From positions 992,001-1,056,000 of the forward strand of contig CBDCWC010000002.1 in the NCBI GenBank assembly GCA_965223295.1: 64,000 nucleotides of DNA, written 5' to 3'. This document shows positions 45,968 through 55,990 of this stretch, in pieces. Each line of letters starts with the position of its first letter. Positions within the stretch are counted from its first letter, which is position 1. A program made the position numbers and the translations under genes. The notes under the pieces are model-generated. The model ran no database searches. It had not been told where the DNA came from and worked only from the letters and a program-made list of their open reading frames with translations. This DNA comes from Nitrospirales bacterium. GTDB lineage: Bacteria; Nitrospirota; Nitrospiria; Nitrospirales; UBA8639.

Positions 45968-47911
45968 ATGCCACGAAAATCAAAGAAAACCCAAAAACGA
46001 CTGCATGCCGGACGTCCAGTTCCCAAGCGCATGAAAACAGACGCCCCTCCTGCACTGGACATTGAAGCGTCACCGAAACGACAAGTGTACTTAACGGATG
46101 TAGCCTTACGGGATGGGCATCAATCTTTATTGGCCACCCGTATGCGGACTGAAGACCTCTTGGCTGTCGGGACTGAATTAGATGAAGTCGGTTTCTGGTC
46201 TTTAGAAGTCTGGGGAGGCGCCACCTTTGATTCCTGCTTGCGATTCTTAAAAGAAGACCCTTGGGAACGCCTCCGTGCTTTTCGTCAAGCGATGCCAAAA
46301 ACCCGGTTACAAATGTTATTGCGTGGCCAAAATTTAGTGGGGTATCGGCATTATGCCGACGACGTGTTAGAAAAATTCATTGAACTCTCCGCCAAAAATG
46401 GGATCGATGTCTTTCGTATTTTTGATGCCTTAAACGATATCCGTAATATCAAACCCGCCATGGAGGTCGTGAAAGCCTGCGGAAAACATATTGAGGCCAC
46501 AATCTGCTACACAGTGAGTCCCGTACACAGTCTGAACCATTTTGTGGAACAAGCAAAACAACTGGAAGACCTTGGCGCAGACACCATTTGCATTAAAGAT
46601 ATGGCAGGATTACTGCCTCCGTTTGAAGCCTATGAGTTAATCAGCCGCCTGAAAGCAACCGTCCGCACGCCCATTCATCTCCATACCCATTACACCTCCG
46701 GCATGGCTTCGATGTCTGCGCTTATGGCTATCATGGGCGGTCTTGATATTTTAGATACTGCTTTATCACCTTTATCCGGCGGCACCTCTCATCCCCCAAC
46801 AGAATCCTTTATTGCCGCACTTCGCAACACCCCTTATGACACCAAACTCAATCTGCAACAACTGGCGCAGCCTGCCGAGAAACTTCGAAAAGCTCGAAAA
46901 CGCTATCGGCAATTCGAAAGCGATTTCACTGGCGTCGATACCGACATCCTGCTTTCTCAAGTGCCAGGCGGCATGCTCTCGAATTTGGCCGCCCAATTGG
47001 CTGAACAAAACGCGCTGGGAAAAATCAAAGAAGTGTTGGAAGAAATTCCACGCGTTCGAAAAGATATGGGCTATCCCCCTCTGGTCACGCCCACGAGCCA
47101 AATTGTGGGAACACAAGCCACGCTGAATACTTTGACCGGCGAACGGTATAAGGTCATTACCAATGAAACCAAGAATTACTTTCAAGGCTTATATGGGAAA
47201 CCCCCTGGAACCTTGAACTCAAAAATCCGGCATAAATCGTTAGAAGGCGACAAACCGGTGTTAGGGCGGCCAGCCGACAATCTCGATCCGGAACTTGACG
47301 ATGCCCAACAAGAATTAGTCGGGAAAGACATCCCTGAAGAAGATATTTTATCTTATGCTTTGCTGCCTTCTGTTGCCTTGCAATTTTTTGATGAACGGGA
47401 GAGAGGGGAACTCAAACCAGAGCCCTTGCAACCACAATCAGAGAGCGGGCCCGCGGTTGCCCACGATTTACATTTGGCTCCGATTGAATTCAAAGTCACG
47501 GTCCATGGAGAGTCCTACCATATTCGTGTCTCCGGATCCGGACAGACAATTGATGGCACCAAGCCCTATTACATTAAAGTGAATGACAAACTTGAAGAAG
47601 TCTATCTTGAGCCTATCCAAGAAGTGTTAGCCGGTGCTCCAGATGCTCCTCCAACATCCACCTCAACGAAGCAAGAAGGTCGGCCTAAACCATCACAAGC
47701 CGGAGACGTCACAACACCCATGCCGGGCCGTGTGGTCAAAATATTAGTGGCTCAAGGTGATACGGTAAAGGTCGGCGACCCCTTACTTGTCGTGGAAGCC
47801 ATGAAAATGGAAAATCGCGTTCAATCTCCTATCGATGGAACGGTCATAACGATCTTCATTAAAGAAGGCGATGAAGTCAATCCGGACGAAACCCTGATTC
47901 ATCTGGAATAA
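45968..47911 (+). CDS. Carboxyltransferase + biotin-carrier subunit (PycB/OadA/CfiA-like)
   Basis: LRDGHQSLLATRM, WGGATFD, IKDMAG, HLHTH, PPLVTPTSQIVG, EAMKM biotin site. Confidence 0.93.
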   Translation: MPRKSKKTQKRLHAGRPVPKRMKTDAPPALDIEASPKRQVYLTDVALRDGHQSLLATRMRTEDLLAVGTELDEVGFWSLEVWGGATFDSCLRFLKEDPWERLRAFRQAMPKTRLQMLLRGQNLVGYRHYADDVLEKFIELSAKNGIDVFRIFDALNDIRNIKPAMEVVKACGKHIEATICYTVSPVHSLNHFVEQAKQLEDLGADTICIKDMAGLLPPFEAYELISRLKATVRTPIHLHTHYTSGMASMSALMAIMGGLDILDTALSPLSGGTSHPPTESFIAALRNTPYDTKLNLQQLAQPAEKLRKARKRYRQFESDFTGVDTDILLSQVPGGMLSNLAAQLAEQNALGKIKEVLEEIPRVRKDMGYPPLVTPTSQIVGTQATLNTLTGERYKVITNETKNYFQGLYGKPPGTLNSKIRHKSLEGDKPVLGRPADNLDPELDDAQQELVGKDIPEEDILSYALLPSVALQFFDERERGELKPEPLQPQSESGPAVAHDLHLAPIEFKVTVHGESYHIRVSGSGQTIDGTKPYYIKVNDKLEEVYLEPIQEVLAGAPDAPPTSTSTKQEGRPKPSQAGDVTTPMPGRVVKILVAQGDTVKVGDPLLVVEAMKMENRVQSPIDGTVITIFIKEGDEVNPDETLIHLE

Positions 47912-48849
47912 TGAGATGGAGTCATGTCATCGTTTTCATCCTGTGGTCCTTCCTCTTTATGGGATGTTCGTCTTCTCATCTGTTCCCTCCTTGGATTGAA
48001 CTCATCCAACGAGTTCCTTTTCACACCCTCACCGTCAATGATCACCGTATGGCCTACCTGGATGTTGGCGAAGGCCAACCAATTATTTTCATCCATGGCT
48101 TCGGCGGATCCATGTGGCATTGGGAATATCAGTATATCCCCTTGGCTCACCACCATCGGGTGATCATCCCGGACCTCATCGGATCCGGACTATCTGATAA
48201 ACCTGAAACCGTTTACAGCCCGGAACAACTTTTGCGTTTTTTTGTAGAATTTATGGATCGCCTGGAGATTACACAGGCCACCTTGGTCGGCAACTCCATG
48301 GGAGCAGGACTGGCCATGGCCATGGCATTGGACTACCCTAGTCGCGTCGCGAAACTTGTCCTCATTTCTGGATTTCCCCCTCGTGTTGAGGAAAGCGTCG
48401 CCTCACCGGAATATCGCCGGCTTTTATCATATCGTCCGCCGTTATGGTTAGCCACTATCGGCAATCAGGTAGCTGGTCGAGGGACCACAGAACGATTCCT
48501 GAAAGAAATGGTCTACGATCCTTCGCTGATCTCCGCGCCTGTCATTGAACGATCATTTCACAATCGTCAACGAGAAGGCTTGCTCACACCCCTCTATTCA
48601 TTATTAGATCATCTTGAGAGTTGGGAGGCTCAATATGGAGAACGTCTGGCAAAGATCTCCCACCCTATCTTAATTCTCTGGGGAGATCATGACCGCGTCT
48701 TCCCAGCAGATGTCGGAAGGCAACTCAAGGATCTAATCGTTCAAGCTGAATGGCATATCATTCCGGAAGCAGGCCATCTACCTCAATGGGAGCAACCTCA
48801 GATCGTCAATCCGCTTATTTCAGCATTTCTGGAAAAACAAACACCATGA
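47911..48849 (+). CDS. Alpha/beta-fold hydrolase (lipoprotein-like)
   Basis: FIHGFGG, GNSMG nucleophile, WG..D, AGH. Confidence 0.9.
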   Translation: MRWSHVIVFILWSFLFMGCSSSHLFPPWIELIQRVPFHTLTVNDHRMAYLDVGEGQPIIFIHGFGGSMWHWEYQYIPLAHHHRVIIPDLIGSGLSDKPETVYSPEQLLRFFVEFMDRLEITQATLVGNSMGAGLAMAMALDYPSRVAKLVLISGFPPRVEESVASPEYRRLLSYRPPLWLATIGNQVAGRGTTERFLKEMVYDPSLISAPVIERSFHNRQREGLLTPLYSLLDHLESWEAQYGERLAKISHPILILWGDHDRVFPADVGRQLKDLIVQAEWHIIPEAGHLPQWEQPQIVNPLISAFLEKQTP

Positions 48850-49514
48850 CATTTTCTGACCATTTACGAGAAATAGCTCAACCCATTTGGGACGCACAAT
48901 TGCATCATCCATTTGTGACCGCCTTAGGAAAAGGGACACTCCCCAAGAGAAAGTTTCGATATTACATTTTGCAAGATGCACGGTATTTAGAGGAACTGGC
49001 CAAGGTATTTGCCGCCGGAGCCCAAAAAGCAGCCGATACCGAGACAGCCCTTCGCTTTGCCAAATTAGTGGAAGAAACGATCATTGTTGAACGAAGTCTT
49101 CACAAATCTTATGGACAACGTTGGAAATTATCCGCGCAAGATATGCATTCGACGCCGCTGTCCCCGACGAATTATGCCTATTGCCGCCACATGCAAAGTG
49201 TGGCTCAAACCGGCAGTCTTGGAGAAATCACGGTCGTGGCGTTGCCATGCGCCTGGATTTATTGTGAGGTGGGCCAACACTTATTACGTCAGGGCCTGCC
49301 AAAATCCTCTCATCCCTATCGTGAGTGGCTAGAACTATATGGATCGCCAGATTTCGCCCGAGTGGCAGCGTGGATGCGGTCAATTGTGAATCAATGCGCC
49401 AATACTGCAGGGAAAGCCGAAAAACTGAGAATGGAGGAGGCCTTTCTTATCAGTTCACGATATGAATGGATGTTTTGGGACATGGCCTGGCGTGAAGAAC
49501 AATGGCCCGTATAG
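48846..49514 (+). CDS. tenA: Thiaminase II / aminopyrimidine aminohydrolase
   Basis: HPFV..L..GTL, YILQDARYL, LPCAWIY, Y.EW..LY, EWMFWDMAW. Confidence 0.92.
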   Translation: MTFSDHLREIAQPIWDAQLHHPFVTALGKGTLPKRKFRYYILQDARYLEELAKVFAAGAQKAADTETALRFAKLVEETIIVERSLHKSYGQRWKLSAQDMHSTPLSPTNYAYCRHMQSVAQTGSLGEITVVALPCAWIYCEVGQHLLRQGLPKSSHPYREWLELYGSPDFARVAAWMRSIVNQCANTAGKAEKLRMEEAFLISSRYEWMFWDMAWREEQWPV

Positions 49515-49633
49515 CTCAGACTTCAAAAAATGTCATAATCCTCTGAAATTCAACAAGCGACCTTTTACATTACAATCACTATTTTCCGCACACAATATTC
49601 TTCAACTTCTTTTTTCTCACTAGGCCGCTATCC

Positions 49634-50317
49634 ATGAAAAGTAGATACCTCCTTACTCTCCTTTCTTTCTTGGCGTGCGGGACACCTTTCTTCAGCCCTT
49701 TTCCAGCCTGGAGTCAAACAAAAGACAGCATCGGCATTCAACCTCTTCAAAAAATCAGGGAAATGCCCATTCATAAACTCATTCCTCCCTCTGTGTCTCC
49801 ACTTTTTTCCGCACATGAGATGGAACATTTTCTTCAGCGATTAGAAGGGACGCCGCCTAATTGGACTCAACAGCATCACGCGGACATCACGAAACAAAGC
49901 GAAAACCTGTTTCAATTTAATCGCCAACGAGATGCCGCACGAAGGACCAAGAAGGAAATACTGGCGCAGCCAATTGCGTTTCTGTGGACGGGCATACTTA
50001 GGCAATTCTTGCCTGAGTATGAAGGGTTTTCTCTTGCATTAGGGCCAAAACTCACGGCCACATCATGGGGCACCATTCGCTTTAAGCCTGGAATCCTTCC
50101 AGACTATCTCATTGCCATTCCAACGTCTGAGACTCGAAAAGAACTTCTCATCAGGCAACAACAAGGGGAACAGATTGAGATTACGATCGTATGTATTGGT
50201 ACCTTGATTCCAGAAGAATCCGTGATCTACGCATTTTCGCATGACAGCCCCCATGAAGGAATGATTTTACCTGTCGTTTCCATTCAGAGGTTGCTGTATG
50301 TCCTTCAACCATCATAA
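49634..50317 (+). CDS. Hypothetical exported protein
   Basis: 227-aa ORF with signal-like N-terminus. Confidence 0.7.
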   Translation: MKSRYLLTLLSFLACGTPFFSPFPAWSQTKDSIGIQPLQKIREMPIHKLIPPSVSPLFSAHEMEHFLQRLEGTPPNWTQQHHADITKQSENLFQFNRQRDAARRTKKEILAQPIAFLWTGILRQFLPEYEGFSLALGPKLTATSWGTIRFKPGILPDYLIAIPTSETRKELLIRQQQGEQIEITIVCIGTLIPEESVIYAFSHDSPHEGMILPVVSIQRLLYVLQPS

Positions 50318-50363
50318 GCACTGGGACTTACATTCCTCCCTCATTCTTCCGAAAACCCATTCT

Positions 50364-50798
50364 ATGGATGACCCAAAGCTTCGCCCATCATCAACACAAC
50401 ATCTGCTCATCACACGCTGGGCCCCTGTCCTCTTCTATTGCAGCATCATTGTATACCTCTCCTCCCAATCCTATCCGGACCTTCATATTCCTTCATTTTT
50501 ATCGGGCGTCAATGATAAACTTGTTCATGCCATTGAATATGGCATTTTAGGAATCTTGCTCTATCGAGCCTTGTACCAACGAGAGAGAACCATCGGACGC
50601 ATAGGCTTGGCAATCATAGGGGCAGTGGCCTTTGGAATATCCGATGAAATACATCAGTGGTTCGTTCCTCAACGGCATGCCGATATATGGGATATTGTCG
50701 CTGACTCATTGGGGGCAGCATTCTTTATTTTCATCTGGGTCTTCATCACAGAAAAATTTGGCTTACGTAACACACCTCATGAAGTCAGGAGGAAATAG
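50364..50798 (+). CDS. VanZ-family membrane protein
   Basis: DKLVHAIEYGIL, SDEIHQ.FVP.R, D..AD..G. Confidence 0.9.
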   Translation: MDDPKLRPSSTQHLLITRWAPVLFYCSIIVYLSSQSYPDLHIPSFLSGVNDKLVHAIEYGILGILLYRALYQRERTIGRIGLAIIGAVAFGISDEIHQWFVPQRHADIWDIVADSLGAAFFIFIWVFITEKFGLRNTPHEVRRK

Positions 50799-50877
50799 AC
50801 ACATGAAGACAGAGGGAGAAAATTTTCTTGTTTCTTCATGACGACATAGTGTAACCACTTGCAGAAAACGACAATAA

Positions 50878-51483
50878 ATGAATACCCTTTTGCATTCTAT
50901 TATAAACAAGCTTTCCGCTCCCCTCACTAAACAAGAAGGCGTCACATACCTTTTTGTCATGATGCTCGTTGTCATGATGAGTATTTCCCTTATGGGAGTT
51001 ACCCAACAATGGTCAGTCATTTTGAAACGAGATCAAGAGGCTGAGCTGCTGTTTCGCGGAACCCGCATTAAGGAAGCCATCGAACGCTATGTCGCAGACT
51101 ATGAAGTTCAAAAGGCTACGAGACCAAATCAGTGGCCTCGCACCCTTGAAGATCTCACAAAGAAAAGCCCCAAACGCTATTTACAGGTTGCCTACACCGA
51201 TCCTATTACAGGAAAAGACTTTGACCTTATCAAAGTAGGGGATCAGCTACATGGCGTTCGTAGTACCAGCACCGATGTCCCCTATGACCAAGTTCACTTT
51301 AAAAATGTGAAAACATATCAGGCTATTCGGTTTGAATCGACAGGCGGTAGCAGTGGCTGCCAACCCAATGCTGTCAATCCCCTTGTTCAACAGAATTGTC
51401 TTCCATCCAACAATGAAACGGCTCCCTCGGCAGACCCGCCAGAATTGAGTCCCAGTCAAAACCCAAGTGCTCCTTCGCTCTAA
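50878..51483 (+). CDS. Type II secretion pseudopilin-like protein lacking Glu+5
   Basis: KQEG|VTYLFVMMLVV; E.ELLFRG..I..AI..Y, P..LEDL, RYL...Y.DPIT. Confidence 0.8.
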   Translation: MNTLLHSIINKLSAPLTKQEGVTYLFVMMLVVMMSISLMGVTQQWSVILKRDQEAELLFRGTRIKEAIERYVADYEVQKATRPNQWPRTLEDLTKKSPKRYLQVAYTDPITGKDFDLIKVGDQLHGVRSTSTDVPYDQVHFKNVKTYQAIRFESTGGSSGCQPNAVNPLVQQNCLPSNNETAPSADPPELSPSQNPSAPSL

Positions 51484-51752
51484 AAGAAGTTTTGGAAAGA
51501 CCCTGGCTTTTTTTGAACGATATTGTCGGACCCAGTAACGATTTCTGTGAATTTCTTTGCAAGGACTCTTCTCAAATCGCTTATTTTCCCTATATTTTCT
51601 TTGTTTAATATTGAAATACCAGCATCCGATAAGGAAAAGAAGCCGGGCTGTGTAACTAGCCCACACCCAAGAAATATGCTATATTGGAGGGGTTTTTAGC
51701 TTAATTGCATTCCCCCGCCAAGCATTCACAAAAAGGACCTCACATCATTCTA

Positions 51753-54116
51753 ATGCCTACGCTTTTTCGGATTGGGACAATTTTTTGTATATCGCTCTTT
51801 GTCGCCTGTGCGACACAAGAGTTGCAACTCGGAGAGGAACTAGAAAAAGAAGGGAATTGGGATGGAGCCGTGGCAGCTTATCGGGAAGCCTTCCGTCAAG
51901 ACCCCTTCAACAAAGAGCTGGAAGAAAAGCTTTCACATGCCAAATCTCGCGCAGCCGAACAACACTTTGCTCAAGGACGTGCATGGCTCAAACAACGCCA
52001 AGTTGCTGAAGCGTTGCAGGAATTTCAAATCGCTCTGGGATTAGATCCTGAGAACCCCGAACATCATGCTGCACTCAATGATGCCTGGCGGCTAAAAACA
52101 GCCAGACAGACCCTTCTTGATGCCAAGCACATTGAAAATTTGGGGAGATTTGATGAAGCACTCGCCCTCTATGAGACAGCGGTAGAACTGGACCCTTCCT
52201 TAGCCGAAGCCGTTGATGGCATTACCCGGGTTGTTCAACAACAACAAAAGATTGAGACCATCGGCGATTCAGCAGAGCCTGTGACCCTGCGCTTTCAAAA
52301 TACTCGGCTCAAACAAGTTTTTGAAATTCTGGCCCGAACGGCCAATATCGATATCTTATTTGACAAAGATGTGAGAGATGACTTGGTGACAATTTTTACC
52401 AAGGACACACCATTTATCGAAGCGCTCAATCTGATTTTGACCACAAATCAGTTATTCGCGAAACGTGCCGGTCCCGACCGTTTGTTAATTATTCCTGATA
52501 CCAAACAAAAACGGGAACAATATGAGGACCTGCAAATTCGCACATTTTATTTGTCCAACGCCAAGGCAAAGGACATGGCCAATCTCTTACGGACAATCTT
52601 GGAAACCAAACGGGTGTATGTAAATGAACCCCTCAATACCGTCGTGATCCGTGATCACCCTCAAAAAATTGCCTTAGCTGAGAATGTGATACTGGCCAAT
52701 GACCGCCATGATGCAGAAGTCGTTTTGGACCTGGAAGTGTTAGAAGTCAACAGAACAAAAACCAAGCAAGTTGGCTTGAATTTTGCCAAACAAGCGGGAT
52801 TTGGGATCTTTCCTGACGGAGTCGGTGACTTCTCAACCGCTGCACAGACTTTCACATTTCAAAATCTCACAAGCATCGGACAAGATTCTTATTTGTTTAC
52901 CTTTCCCAGCAGTATCTTAATGGATTTCTTCAAACAAGAATCTGACGCCAAAACCCTGGCAAATCCCAAGCTTCGGGTGCTCAACAATGAAAAGGCTTCG
53001 ATCAATATTGGAGACAAACAACCCATTCTCTTGTCCACTACAAATGTGTTGCCAGGCCAAGCCACGACCGGAGCACTCTCTACAACCTCAACCGTGACAT
53101 CCATCGAATTTAAAGATACCGGGATTAAATTAACTGTCGAGCCGACGATTCACTTAAATAATTCTATTACCCTCCGCCTCCAAGTTGAAGTCACCCGGTT
53201 AGGTGATCGCGTAGTCCTTCAAGCTGACCCAGAAATTTCGCAATTTCGATTTGGCACGAGAACAGCCGACACGGCTCTGAGCATGCGGGATGGAGAAACC
53301 GTGGTCCTGGCCGGGCTTATTCAAGAAGAAGATCGACGTTCACGCGAAGCTATTCCAGGTGTTGACGACATTCCAGGTGTCGGCGACCTTCTCAGTAATA
53401 GCAATAGCGACAAGATTACGACCGAAGTGATTGTCGTCATTACACCCCGTATTGTACGAGTTCTGAATCCTCCACAATTGGTGAAGCAAACATTGTGGTC
53501 TGGCACTGCCAAACAATACAACACGAAACCACTGTTTTCACACTACCAGCCTGAACACATGGCGTTTCTTGATGAGTCTCAAGGAGACGAGACGAGTCCA
53601 ACAGCCCCTACGGTTTCTCCAAATAATGAACCCTTTTCTGACAGTCCGACTGTTGATCAAGAACCAACTGGCCCTGAACCAGAGGCCCCCAGCCCCCCAG
53701 AGCCTGATGTGTCAGGACTTCAGATTCTTCCAGCTGCAGCGTCATTCAAAATTGGAGAACCCATTTCGTTGACCTTACAAGGGCAAAACTTTTCCGCTGC
53801 CGAACAAGCATCCCTAACGCTCACCTATGATCCAGCCATCCTAAGATTCAAAGAAGCGACTCAAGGACCTTTTTTAACAGGACAGCAGGAGCCTCCAAGC
53901 CTTACTGTTTCGGCAGTGCCAAACACCGGACAATTGGTGATCCAGATGGGTGAACCGGGAAATCCCGTACAAGGAAGTGGACCATTAGCCTCGCTCGAAT
54001 TTGAAGCGATCGGAACAGGAGCATCAACTATTCAGATTCAAAATCCGACTCTGTTAGAAGCCAACGCCCAACCCGTGCCAGTCGTGGTGCAACATGGAAG
54101 AGTATTGGTGGAATAG
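51753..54116 (+). CDS. Secretin (GspD/PilQ family) with lipobox, N-terminal TPR and C-terminal cohesin-like domain
   Basis: FVAC lipobox; TPR repeats; LANPKLRVLNNEKASINIG, DGETVVLAGLI, ITPRIV; tail LTYDP.IL...GSG.LA.L.F.A...G. Confidence 0.9.
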   Translation: MPTLFRIGTIFCISLFVACATQELQLGEELEKEGNWDGAVAAYREAFRQDPFNKELEEKLSHAKSRAAEQHFAQGRAWLKQRQVAEALQEFQIALGLDPENPEHHAALNDAWRLKTARQTLLDAKHIENLGRFDEALALYETAVELDPSLAEAVDGITRVVQQQQKIETIGDSAEPVTLRFQNTRLKQVFEILARTANIDILFDKDVRDDLVTIFTKDTPFIEALNLILTTNQLFAKRAGPDRLLIIPDTKQKREQYEDLQIRTFYLSNAKAKDMANLLRTILETKRVYVNEPLNTVVIRDHPQKIALAENVILANDRHDAEVVLDLEVLEVNRTKTKQVGLNFAKQAGFGIFPDGVGDFSTAAQTFTFQNLTSIGQDSYLFTFPSSILMDFFKQESDAKTLANPKLRVLNNEKASINIGDKQPILLSTTNVLPGQATTGALSTTSTVTSIEFKDTGIKLTVEPTIHLNNSITLRLQVEVTRLGDRVVLQADPEISQFRFGTRTADTALSMRDGETVVLAGLIQEEDRRSREAIPGVDDIPGVGDLLSNSNSDKITTEVIVVITPRIVRVLNPPQLVKQTLWSGTAKQYNTKPLFSHYQPEHMAFLDESQGDETSPTAPTVSPNNEPFSDSPTVDQEPTGPEPEAPSPPEPDVSGLQILPAAASFKIGEPISLTLQGQNFSAAEQASLTLTYDPAILRFKEATQGPFLTGQQEPPSLTVSAVPNTGQLVIQMGEPGNPVQGSGPLASLEFEAIGTGASTIQIQNPTLLEANAQPVPVVVQHGRVLVE

Positions 54117-54630
54117 ACCCGCCACCATGCGTGGCGTGACATTAATTGAACTGTTAGTCACCTTGGTCATTATGTTTATCTTAGCCTCTGTGGCTCTCCC
54201 ATTCACTAAGGTGAGCGCCAAACGTTCACAAGAATTGGAGTTACGGCAAACCTTGAGATCACTCCGTATGTCCATTGATAATTTTCGACGAGATTGGGCC
54301 AGAGATGGCGGGACATTGTTGGGCCCCTTGTGCATCAAAAATCAACTTACTTGCAAGGAAGAAACAGGCGTCACTGGATATCCGAAAACCCTTGAGACCC
54401 TCCTAAAGATCGAATTAACTGGAGAAGAAGCACAAGCTGGAGAACAGTCAAGTATTCGACGGTATTTGCGAAAGATTCCCCTTGACCCTCTGACAAATTC
54501 TACCGAATGGGGGCTTCGCTGTTACCAAGATGAGCCCGATGAATCGCGATGGTGCGGAGAGGACGTTTTTGACGTGTATACGACCAGCGATAGAAACGCA
54601 ATGGATGGGACACCCTATCGTGAATGGTAA
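54094..54630 (+). CDS. GspG-like pseudopilin
   Basis: RG|VTLIELLVTL; GYPKTL..L, RYLRKIPLDP, DVFDV, DGTPYREW. Confidence 0.9.
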   Translation: MEEYWWNRPATMRGVTLIELLVTLVIMFILASVALPFTKVSAKRSQELELRQTLRSLRMSIDNFRRDWARDGGTLLGPLCIKNQLTCKEETGVTGYPKTLETLLKIELTGEEAQAGEQSSIRRYLRKIPLDPLTNSTEWGLRCYQDEPDESRWCGEDVFDVYTTSDRNAMDGTPYREW

Positions 54631-55031
54631 TGGGATCTTTTGTACTTATTGGCAAAAAAGGTTACACTTTACTCGAACTCATGATTGTCGTGGCAATTGT
54701 CGGGATCTTGGTATCTTTGGCTATTCCCAACTTTCAACAATCGGCCATGAAAGCGAAAGAGGTTGCCCTGAAGCAGAATCTTTTTACGATGCGTGCCGTT
54801 ATTGACCAATATTACGCTGATCGTGGAGATTATCCCGACAGCTTGGAATCCTTAGTCGAAGACAAATATTTGCGGTCCATTCCTCTGGACCCATTTACCA
54901 AATCGTCAACGACATGGACCGAAATTTTCGAAGAGCAGGAAGAGGGAGACGACTCACCTCCTGGTGTCTATGATATTAAAAGTGGGAGTGATGACGTCGC
55001 CCAGGACGGCACTCCCTACAAAGATTGGTAG
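54624..55031 (+). CDS. GspG-like pseudopilin
   Basis: KG|YTLLELMIVV; IDQYYAD.G.YP.SL..LV..YLRSIP.DP, DGTPYKDW. Confidence 0.92.
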   Translation: MVMGSFVLIGKKGYTLLELMIVVAIVGILVSLAIPNFQQSAMKAKEVALKQNLFTMRAVIDQYYADRGDYPDSLESLVEDKYLRSIPLDPFTKSSTTWTEIFEEQEEGDDSPPGVYDIKSGSDDVAQDGTPYKDW

Positions 55032-55039
55032 GTTCTGTT

Positions 55040-55990
55040 ATGAAACGTTCTCATTTACAACATTTTATCTTAAGTGGAACTTTAATCTTTGCGTTAGAGG
55101 CCTGTGTCCACAAGCCATCAAAAACCATGAAATCTGAAACCCCAATTGAGGCCGCCTCGCCGCTTCCTCAACCTCCTCAACAAGGAAGCTTTTTACGGGA
55201 AGCCCGCCTGGAAACAGAAAATTTGCGAGCGGAACTGGCTAGCTTAAAAATTCTCATGGCCAAGCAAGCAGGAGAACTCCGATCGTTGCGGAAGCAATCG
55301 CAATCCGTCCAGCAACGGGAACAGGAGCAAGGACAACAAATGCAAAATCTTCGCAGTCAGCTTTTGACTGCACAAGCTGAACGGGATCAGTTGCGAAAAC
55401 ACAACATGGAGTTAGAGGGACAAGTCGCGAATACCCCCGATACATCGCAATTGGTCACAGATATTCAAGCTTTACGCAGCTCGTTTCAAAAAGTTATGAC
55501 GAGTCTCAAGGGGTTGAGTTCAGATATCACACTCATTAAACGCGACATGCAAGTCACGAACAAAAACGGCAAGCCCCGACCGATCAAAATAGCCAAACAT
55601 CTGCCTTCTGCGATCTCACCTATCAAACGCTCGCCCGATGCCAATGGGCGTATTACCATTCAAGAGGGAGACACGCTATGGCACCTAGCCCGAGCCTATC
55701 GTGTGCCTGTCAACCAATTGCGAGAATGGAATAACCTGACTTCGGATCTAATTATGACCGGGCTTCATCTCAAAGTTGCTGACCCGGCTGACTCCCAGGT
55801 CTTGGCTCCAGCTCATGTGAAGGGGCCAACAGAAGTGGTCATTCCCGTTGTCCAACATGAAACGGTTGAAGCCCCCAGCCAAGAAACTCCTCAAGTCACC
55901 AGTAAGCAACCTGAAGAAATCCCCTCGGCGTCAACACATATTCTTTCAATCGGTAATAGTCCTCAAGTAGATTCTGATGAGTCCCCCTAG
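55040..55990 (+). CDS. LysM + coiled-coil lipoprotein
   Basis: LEAC lipobox; long coiled coil; IQEGDTLWHLA..Y.V.V..L..WNNL.SDLI..G..L LysM. Confidence 0.88.
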   Translation: MKRSHLQHFILSGTLIFALEACVHKPSKTMKSETPIEAASPLPQPPQQGSFLREARLETENLRAELASLKILMAKQAGELRSLRKQSQSVQQREQEQGQQMQNLRSQLLTAQAERDQLRKHNMELEGQVANTPDTSQLVTDIQALRSSFQKVMTSLKGLSSDITLIKRDMQVTNKNGKPRPIKIAKHLPSAISPIKRSPDANGRITIQEGDTLWHLARAYRVPVNQLREWNNLTSDLIMTGLHLKVADPADSQVLAPAHVKGPTEVVIPVVQHETVEAPSQETPQVTSKQPEEIPSASTHILSIGNSPQVDSDESP

